DNA of 64,000 nucleotides from an uncultured Candidatus Saccharibacteria bacterium (GTDB lineage: Bacteria > Patescibacteriota > Minisyncoccia > 2-02-FULL-40-12 > GWA2-44-9): the NCBI GenBank assembly GCA_964513645.1, contig CAZENF010000001.1:7303-71302 (forward strand), in the 5' to 3' direction. The translations under genes were made by a program, and so were the position numbers. The notes beneath the pieces are model-generated. The model was not told where the DNA came from. It saw only the letters and a program-made list of their open reading frames with translations, and did not search any database. This document shows, one piece after another, positions 57,753 through 64,000 of this stretch. Numbering within the stretch: the stretch's first letter is position 1; every line of letters begins with the position of its first letter.

Positions 57753-57850
57753 GTTTAAATCTATTTTTATAGATTTAATTTCGCATAGCCCTCCTCATTT
57801 CGAATCCTTTGAGCCGAATCAATACAAATTCCATATATTTCTGACATTTT

Positions 57851-57945
57851 GCCGGGAACCGACGGGGGTGACCTGAAACGGCCCTACGGCCGCATGGTCA
57901 GGTCGGGGGTCCCCGGCGGTCGGACCTGCCTGCCCGGCAGGCAGG
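57851..57945. other. GC-rich (~70 %) ~95-nt block between convergent genes, ending in the palindrome CCTGCCTGCCCGGCAGGCAGG
   Basis: Sharp GC spike in AT-rich DNA. Internal inverted repeats (GGTCAGGTCGGGGGTCCCCGGCGGTCGGACC). Candidate structured RNA or protein-binding site. Confidence 0.35.
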
Positions 57946-58029
57946 TAAAATTAAGAAATATATTTGAATTTGTTGATGAGGTGAACGGATAAGAAATGAG
58001 GAGGGCGGAGAGAAAAACAAAACCGAAAA

Positions 58030-59817
58030 TTAGCGGGAGGCGCGATCGGCGCGGGTGCGGCCAACTTCGGTGAGATGTTTTTTGCGAAGACGGATGTTTT
58101 TAGGTGTAACTTCGAGATATTCGTCTTCAGCCATTATTTCAAGACCGCCTTCAAGCGTAACCTGAACCGGCGGATCAAGAAGAATATTCTCGTCAGAACC
58201 GGAGGCGCGCATGTTGGTTAATTTTTTACCTTTAATTGGATTGACCGTCATATCGTGACCCTTTGCGACATTGCCGATAACCATGCCTTCATAGACCTCA
58301 ACATTCGGTCCGATATAAAGCGTGCCACGTTCCTGGAGATTGAAAAGTGAATAACCCAAAGCTTTGCCGGTTTCCATCGAAACCATTGAACCGGTCGAGT
58401 GACGTTTTATTTCGCCGACATGGGGCCTGAATTCAATTAAGCGGCTTGAGAGTATCCCCTCGCCTCTGGTATCTACCATAAACTCATTCCTGAAGCCCAG
58501 AAGGCCTCGGGTAGGTATTTCAAAGGTGAGCCGGACCTCGCCATGATGCTGTTCCATTAACGTCATTCGTCCGGAACGCTTGCCCATTTTCTGGATTACC
58601 ACGCCGGATAAGTTTTCCGGCACATCGACTATCGACTCTTCGAACGGTTCCATTTTCTGGCCGTCTATTTCTTTTATAATTACCTGAGGCTGTGAAACTT
58701 GGAGTTCATATCCTTCGCGTCTCATATTTTCAAGAAGAATGGCGATATGAAGTTCTCCACGGCCGTAAACTTTATAAAATTCATTGGATGAAAAATCTAC
58801 TTTAAGTCCGACATTAACCTCGAGTTCTCTTTCGAGACGTTCCCTTATCTGCCTTCCGGTCACGAACTTTCCGTCCTTGCCGGCAAAAGGCGAATCGTTG
58901 ACCAAAAAGTTAAGCGATATTGTCGGTTCGTCGATTTTAATTGCCGATAATGGCTCCTGGTCAGCTGAAGCACAAACCGTCTCGCCGATATAAATATCCG
59001 GCAAACCGGCGAGCATAACGATATCCCCCGCTCCGGCTTCGAGAGCTTCTTTCCGTTCCATTCCCTGAAATGTAAAAAGTTTAGTTATCTTGCCATTTCG
59101 GGTCTCACCATTTGGTTTTTTAACAAAAACCGTATCGCCGGATCTGATCTTGCCTTCATATATTCTGCCTATACCGAGACGGCCTAAAAAATTATCATAG
59201 GCCAAATTGAAAGGCTGGAATCTAAGAGGGGCTTCAGTGTTAGATGGGGCCGGAGGAACTTCTCTGACTATCAAATCGAGCAAGGGCGTTAAGTCCTTTG
59301 ATTCGTCTTTTAGATTAAGTTTGGCAACGCCTTCGCGTCCGATGGCATATATTGTTTTGAAATCAAGCTGTTCGTCGTTGGCGCCAAGGTCCATGAACAG
59401 TTCAAGAACTTTTTCATGGGTCATATCCGGATTCGCAGCCGGTTTATCTATTTTATTTATAACAAGTATCGGTTTAATTCCCAACTCGAGGGATTTTTTG
59501 AGAACGAATTTGGTCTGCGGCATCGGCCCTTCCTGGGCATCGACGATGAGCAAGACCGAATCAATCGAACGTAAAACCCGTTCAACTTCAGAGCCGAAAT
59601 CAGCATGTCCCGGGGTGTCGACGATGTTTATTTTGGTGTCTTTATAGAAAAGCGAGGCATTCTTTGAGTAGATAGTGATACCGCGTTCACGTTCAAGAGC
59701 ATTCACGTCCATGCTAAAATCCTCCCCGACCATTCCGGTTTGTTTCATTAAAGCGTCGGTCAGGGTCGTTTTACCGTGGTCGACGTGGGCGATTATTGCG
59801 ATATTTCTTATCTCCAT
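58030..59817 (-). CDS. typA: Translational GTPase TypA/BipA
   Basis: AIIAHVDHGKTTL, DTPGHADF, NKIDK and EF-G-like domains. Confidence 0.95.
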   Translation of the reverse strand: MEIRNIAIIAHVDHGKTTLTDALMKQTGMVGEDFSMDVNALERERGITIYSKNASLFYKDTKINIVDTPGHADFGSEVERVLRSIDSVLLIVDAQEGPMPQTKFVLKKSLELGIKPILVINKIDKPAANPDMTHEKVLELFMDLGANDEQLDFKTIYAIGREGVAKLNLKDESKDLTPLLDLIVREVPPAPSNTEAPLRFQPFNLAYDNFLGRLGIGRIYEGKIRSGDTVFVKKPNGETRNGKITKLFTFQGMERKEALEAGAGDIVMLAGLPDIYIGETVCASADQEPLSAIKIDEPTISLNFLVNDSPFAGKDGKFVTGRQIRERLERELEVNVGLKVDFSSNEFYKVYGRGELHIAILLENMRREGYELQVSQPQVIIKEIDGQKMEPFEESIVDVPENLSGVVIQKMGKRSGRMTLMEQHHGEVRLTFEIPTRGLLGFRNEFMVDTRGEGILSSRLIEFRPHVGEIKRHSTGSMVSMETGKALGYSLFNLQERGTLYIGPNVEVYEGMVIGNVAKGHDMTVNPIKGKKLTNMRASGSDENILLDPPVQVTLEGGLEIMAEDEYLEVTPKNIRLRKKHLTEVGRTRADRASR

Positions 59818-60084
59818 TTGTGTAAACTTGTACGCGCTCGGCTCATTTAATTAGAGCCGAAAGCGCCTTCGGTTTGGCCAATTTCTGCGTTAAATTCTCC
59901 GCCCAATCCTCACCATAGCTTAACTATGGCTCGGCTTGGTACTCGAATTTGCCTTGAACTTGGCTCAAACGCACAAGTTCACCGGAGATCCTAACAATAG
60001 GCTCAAATCCGAGAGTCCTCTTAAAGAGTGAGCGAAGTACTAATTATAAGGCAAAATCGGGAATAAGTCAATTTTTAGAGTGTT

Positions 60085-60112
60085 GCTATAAAAATAAAAG
60101 CAGGACAATGTC
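60085..60112 (-). terminator. Terminator for the 60113 gene
   Basis: Minus strand reads AGGACATTGTCCTGCTTTTATTTTT. Confidence 0.55.
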
Positions 60113-60304
60113 CTACTTGGATTTCATAAAATCAATAATTTTTTGTGCAATTTTAGTATGAGGACTGGCTATACCGTTTTGCCATCTTTTAACTGTAGAC
60201 ACGGCGACCTGGAATTCATCAGCAAGTTTTCTTTCAGCTCCCGGATTATCGTCTAAATATGCGGTCAAGATACTTTGCAATTCCTGGTGAATGGCTCCCA
60301 TCAT
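60113..60304 (-). CDS. Small helix-turn-helix DNA-binding protein (XRE/Cro-like)
   Basis: FQVAVSTVKRWQNG resembles the HTH_XRE recognition helix region. 63 aa. Confidence 0.5.
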   Translation of the reverse strand: MMGAIHQELQSILTAYLDDNPGAERKLADEFQVAVSTVKRWQNGIASPHTKIAQKIIDFMKSK

Positions 60305-60349
60305 CAGTCTCCGGTCTTGTTAAAAACAGATACAATATATTATAAATTT

Positions 60350-60766
60350 TTATTTACTGCAATTCCCGGCCAGAGAATATCCCGCCGCTTCAGCTTCAGC
60401 GGCTGTATTGAACCAGATTTGGTTTGCTTGAGTTATCCTTTTCCAGGTTCCGCACCAGGTATAAAAATATTTTTTAGTCTTGGAGGATTTTGAAGCAACG
60501 ACCCGCAGATCAAGGGGTTTAGGGGTTATTTTTGGTGTTGGCTGAACTGTTTCCGCCGACTGCGAAGCTACCGCTGAATCACTGCCTGGCTCAGACCAGA
60601 CCGCCGCTTTATACACATCAGCACCTTCGGATATTTTAACCGAATCCGCGCCACGGGCATTAATTTTACCGAGATTGTAGCTGATAAATGAGATGAGAAG
60701 AACACAAATTCCCATGAATATCTGGTATTGATACTGTTTGACTAATTCAAATAATTTTGATAGCAT
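60350..60766 (-). CDS. Membrane-anchored protein with a C-terminal Ada-type zinc-binding-like domain (tentative)
   Basis: TM helix. C-terminal YFYTWCGTWKRI...IWFNTAAEAEAAGYSLAGNC resembles the Ada N-terminal metal-binding domain (...F..A.EA.AAGFRPCKRC). Confidence 0.4.
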   Translation of the reverse strand: MLSKLFELVKQYQYQIFMGICVLLISFISYNLGKINARGADSVKISEGADVYKAAVWSEPGSDSAVASQSAETVQPTPKITPKPLDLRVVASKSSKTKKYFYTWCGTWKRITQANQIWFNTAAEAEAAGYSLAGNCSK

Positions 60767-60957
60767 AATATAGTTATTTTCTTATTGTGGGTTCCCCGCC
60801 CCATCTGGAATGACATTTATTTAACATACTATTTTCGAACTGTAAATTCGACTGCGTCTTGTCTCATAAATATCCGGCAAAATCCGGCCAAATGTGGCGG
60901 GACGCCATATTGTAGTGAAATTTTCATCACTACAAGGAGTTCGAAAATTTCAACAAT

Positions 60958-61236
60958 ATGGCGCATACAAAAGCTATCGGCTCGACTCAACTCGGTAGAG
61001 ATTCGCAGCCGAAGTATTTAGGAGTTAAACTATATGACGGACAAAAAGCCCACCCGGGCAGTATTGTCATACGCCAAAGAGGAACAAAGTTCGTTCCTGG
61101 CAAAGGAGTCCGCCAGGGTTCAGATGACACTATCTATTCTGTTGTTGATGGTACAGTTAAATTCACTACTAAGAAAAAGACTCGTTACGACGGCACCAAA
61201 CGTCTGGTAAAGATAGTAAATGTCCTAGCTAACTAA
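60958..61236 (+). CDS. rpmA: 50S ribosomal protein L27
   Basis: AHTKAIGSTQLGRDSQPKYLGVK and the conserved L27 core. Confidence 0.95.
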   Translation: MAHTKAIGSTQLGRDSQPKYLGVKLYDGQKAHPGSIVIRQRGTKFVPGKGVRQGSDDTIYSVVDGTVKFTTKKKTRYDGTKRLVKIVNVLAN

Positions 61237-61237
61237 A

Positions 61238-61262
61238 AATCCCCGCGAGGGGATTTTTAGTT
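61238..61262. terminator. Bidirectional terminator (rpmA / rplI)
   Basis: AAAAATCCCCGCGAGGGGATTTTTAG. Confidence 0.65.
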
Positions 61263-61717
61263 TAAGCTGCTTTCACAACCACCTTGAGCTCAACTTTCAT
61301 ACCCGGCACAAGTTCAACTTCTATCATGTGCTCACCGGATTGTTTGATATGTTCGCCGTGTTCTTTGAGGTCGATATGATTGGCTTCAACCTTTCCGCCG
61401 ATAACTTTTGAGATCTCTCCCGCAACTTCTTCTTTGCCTACGGAAGCGAATAATTTGCCGGTCTTTGAGGCTTTTTTGGTGAATTCGAGCACGATATCTT
61501 TGGCCTTAGCGGCGACTTCTTTGGCTCTCGTCATAGCTATTTTTTCATCAACTTCGCCTTTTCTTTTAAGGGCCTCCGTTTCTTTGACGGTAATTTCATC
61601 GGCAAGCTTGGCCAATTTATTGGCTATCAGATAATTCCTGCCGTAACCGTCGGCAACGTTCTTGATATCCCCTGCCCGTCCGATATTTTTAACATTTTTA
61701 AGTAAGATAACTCTCAT
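61262..61717 (-). CDS. rplI: 50S ribosomal protein L9
   Basis: [31 protein letters not shown]9 N-domain, plus a C-terminal domain. Confidence 0.95.
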   Translation of the reverse strand: MRVILLKNVKNIGRAGDIKNVADGYGRNYLIANKLAKLADEITVKETEALKRKGEVDEKIAMTRAKEVAAKAKDIVLEFTKKASKTGKLFASVGKEEVAGEISKVIGGKVEANHIDLKEHGEHIKQSGEHMIEVELVPGMKVELKVVVKAA

Positions 61718-61779
61718 AATCTTGAAAGATTAACATAAAATATATTTTAAGGTCAATAATAAAACCCGCCAATGCGGGT

Positions 61780-61980
61780 TTAAATTATCCAAACCTTCTC
61801 TATTTCTCCGGCCTTATTTATGATCGCTAATTCTTCGTCTTTTTTACGAGCTTCATATATCTTGTTAAATATTTGAATGCCTTTTCGAATGATATCTGCT
61901 TTACTCACATTCATTTCTTCGGCCATTTTATCAGCCATTTCATTAACCTGACAAGAAAGACGGACCTGAAAATTAGGCAT
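61780..61980 (-). CDS. Ribbon-helix-helix (CopG/antitoxin-like) small protein
   Basis: Beta strand FQVRLS followed by helices NEMADKMAEEMNVSKADIIRKGIQIF. Terminator AACCCGCATTGGCGGGTT downstream. Confidence 0.45.
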   Translation of the reverse strand: MPNFQVRLSCQVNEMADKMAEEMNVSKADIIRKGIQIFNKIYEARKKDEELAIINKAGEIEKVWII

Positions 61981-62053
61981 TCTTTTATCCCTTAAAAAAC
62001 TACAAAATATTATATACCAAATATACTATTTTGTAAATGGAGTGCTACTAGTG

Positions 62054-63277
62054 CTATTTTAACAATTGAAGGGCTTTATCCAATTGTGGGTCCTTGCCCG
62101 GAGTGCCAAATTCTAAACTCGCGGTCGGATAGGTTGAGATCGGGACAACAACGTCCGGATCAATGCCAAGCTGGGTTATTGAACGGCCTTTCGGCGTCAA
62201 CCATTTGGCGACGGTAACTTTCAATGAGGAGCCATTGTCGTAATTTTCAAGTTCTTGGACCGAGCCCTTGCCGAAGCTTTTTTCTCCAACTAACTGAACC
62301 GGCCGGTTATCATGCAGGGCACCTGACAAAATTTCTGAAGCCGAAGCCGAACCCCCGTTTATCAAAATTATCGTCGGGTATCCCCTAAGCGCACTATTAC
62401 CGTCGCTCTTGAATTCCTGTCTTGAACCGTCCTTGAATTCTTCCATCGTTACCACCTGGCCCTTGTCGAGCATCCAACCGGCCAGATCTATTGCAGACTC
62501 AAGCAAACCGCCAGGATTATTTCTTAGATCGATGACTATACCCTTGGCTGGTGATTTTAATATTTCTTGAGCCGCATTTTCAAAATCAGTATCAACGTTC
62601 TGACTGAACTCGTAGATTTGGATATAGGCGATATTGTTGTTCATCATCTGCCATTTTAAGGCCGGAACCCTGATCTTCTCCCTGACCAAGGTCACATCAC
62701 GGCTTTTCTTATCTCCTTCGCTTATGACATTCAACAAAACCTTGGTCCCGATCTGGCCACGGATCATCCCGACAACCTCATCAATAGAATAATTACTCGT
62801 TTCTTTCGAGTCAACTTTAAGGATCTTATCGCCGGCTTTTATTCCCGCTTTATAGGCCGGAGTATCTTTAATCGGAGCAATTACGGTAACATAGCCGTTC
62901 CGTTCACCCAATTCCATACCCACTCCGCCAAAAGCGCCGTTTATCTGTTCCTGAAACTTCTGACTTACGACCGGTTTAAAGAAAACCGTATAAGGATCAC
63001 CGACGCTTTTAACCATGCCATCTATCGCCCCGTAAAGTAATTCTTGCATGTCGAGCTTATTCGGATCGACGTATTTTTCGTGAAGGGAATTCCAAACTTG
63101 CCAGAACAAAGAAAAATCAACGTCCTTGGGTTTGCCCTTGTCCTGATTAATTAAGGTCCGGATAATCGGTATCGAGCCCACGGCCTGAAGATTGCTGAAC
63201 CAAATACCACCGCCAAAACCTGCGGCTAAAGATACAAAAATAGCAACAATTAATATTTTTCTTCCTGAAGGAGTCAT
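62054..63277 (-). CDS. ctpA: Carboxy-terminal processing protease (S41)
   Basis: N-terminal TM helix, a PDZ domain, NNPGGLL, catalytic GSASASEI and the Lys-containing helix. Confidence 0.9.
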   Translation of the reverse strand: MTPSGRKILIVAIFVSLAAGFGGGIWFSNLQAVGSIPIIRTLINQDKGKPKDVDFSLFWQVWNSLHEKYVDPNKLDMQELLYGAIDGMVKSVGDPYTVFFKPVVSQKFQEQINGAFGGVGMELGERNGYVTVIAPIKDTPAYKAGIKAGDKILKVDSKETSNYSIDEVVGMIRGQIGTKVLLNVISEGDKKSRDVTLVREKIRVPALKWQMMNNNIAYIQIYEFSQNVDTDFENAAQEILKSPAKGIVIDLRNNPGGLLESAIDLAGWMLDKGQVVTMEEFKDGSRQEFKSDGNSALRGYPTIILINGGSASASEILSGALHDNRPVQLVGEKSFGKGSVQELENYDNGSSLKVTVAKWLTPKGRSITQLGIDPDVVVPISTYPTASLEFGTPGKDPQLDKALQLLK

Positions 63278-63279
63278 TT

Positions 63280-64000
63280 TTATGCGGATAAATTCGGTAC
63301 AGACAAACCGTGCTTCTTAAAATACCTCAAAGCATCCATGAGATGCCAGCGCGTTTCTTTTCTTAAAAAAATATCGGTCAAAATAAATCTACCTTTCGAA
63401 CCACGCTTATGGTAATGATACATTTCAGAATACGGATAATAAATTACCTTATATCCATTTTCCCAGAATCGCCTGGCCCAGTCAACGTCGGTCATGTATA
63501 AAAATAGGTCTCCGTCCATCAGGCCCACATCATCAACCGCTGCACGGCTTGCCATGATAGCCGAACCCATCAGCCAGTCAACTTTGGCCGGTTTCGAAAG
63601 GTCAGAATCGTTCATCAGGAAATGTTCGAGGTATTTTTTGCCAGGCGGAACAAGGCCCAAGAAAGTTCGGCGACAAAGCATGGTTAAAGGAGTATAGAAC
63701 CTGAAGCATGAATTTTGAGCCGTCCCGTCAAAATTCAAAAGCTTGGGACCAGCCAAACCAACATCTTTGTTCTTGGTCATATAATTATAAATATTTTCTA
63801 TCGCGCCTTTGATCGGAATAATATCCGGATTGAGAATGAGAAAATAATCTCCCGAAGCGGCTTTAATACCCTCGTTCACACCCCGAGTGTAGCCGATATT
63901 TCCGTCAAAAGCCCACAGAATAGTATCTGGAAATTCTTTGACCACATTTCTCGTCTCGGGAGAACTAGCCGAGTCAACCACAATTATTTCATGATAAAAA
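63280..64000 (-). CDS. Family 2 glycosyltransferase (N-terminus extends beyond the window end)
   Basis: Minus frame is open to the window edge (…FYHEIIVVDSASS…). DGNIGYTRGVNEGIKAASGDYFLILNPD GT2 core. Confidence 0.75.
   Translation of the reverse strand, partial: FYHEIIVVDSASSPETRNVVKEFPDTILWAFDGNIGYTRGVNEGIKAASGDYFLILNPDIIPIKGAIENIYNYMTKNKDVGLAGPKLLNFDGTAQNSCFRFYTPLTMLCRRTFLGLVPPGKKYLEHFLMNDSDLSKPAKVDWLMGSAIMASRAAVDDVGLMDGDLFLYMTDVDWARRFWENGYKVIYYPYSEMYHYHKRGSKGRFILTDIFLRKETRWHLMDALRYFKKHGLSVPNLSA

Noticed and set aside
57851-57945. SRP (4.5S) RNA or another known ncRNA in the GC-rich block
   Set aside because: I could not find the domain-IV GGAA tetraloop or AGCAGCC motif on either strand. 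I keep it only as an unassigned structured element.

Overview
A 64-kb chromosomal segment from a low-GC (roughly 38-40 %), gene-dense bacterium. Truncated aminoacyl-tRNA synthetases and small proteins suggest a reduced genome, possibly Candidate Phyla Radiation/Patescibacteria (inference). The backbone is housekeeping:

- the 3' part of rny, hup and a class-A PBP;
- a cmk-like kinase and an adenosine-deaminase-family gene;
- alaS, frr, rseP, proS, mreBCD-mrdA, greA, dut, lysS, serS;
- an FtsQ-like gene with murB;
- efp, a znuBC-like ABC pair, a GH1 beta-glucosidase, fmt, def, a PriA-like gene, gltX;
- an M23 peptidase, NDH-2, typA, rpmA, rplI, an S41 protease and a partial GT2.

I hand-folded four tRNAs: Gly-TCC, Arg-TCT, Pro-TGG, and His-GTG with an encoded G-1.

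The parts most worth a second look:

- a 93-nt conserved intergenic element present twice (887-979 and 55517-55609), with a covarying hairpin;
- an islet next to tRNA-Gly with a perfect 76-bp direct repeat in front of two promoter+ORF units;
- an ORF wedged 3-4 nt between tRNA-Arg and tRNA-Pro;
- an orphan sensor histidine kinase flanked by two large paralogous surface proteins that share a C-terminal module, also found in a third protein at 42669;
- a tandem pair of paralogous unknown proteins with weak ATP-grasp (PPDK_N-like) resemblance beside nucleotide-salvage genes;
- a PriA homolog lacking Walker A/B;
- GC-rich islets, one of them splitting def and fmt;
- a ROK-kinase gene remnant;
- a PolB-exo-like 3'-5' exonuclease paired with a Cas4-like PD-(D/E)xK nuclease, followed by repeat-bearing AT-rich DNA and a GC-rich palindromic block.

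I found no CRISPR array, rRNA or clear transposase. Coordinates I derived by hand may be off by 1-2 nt.
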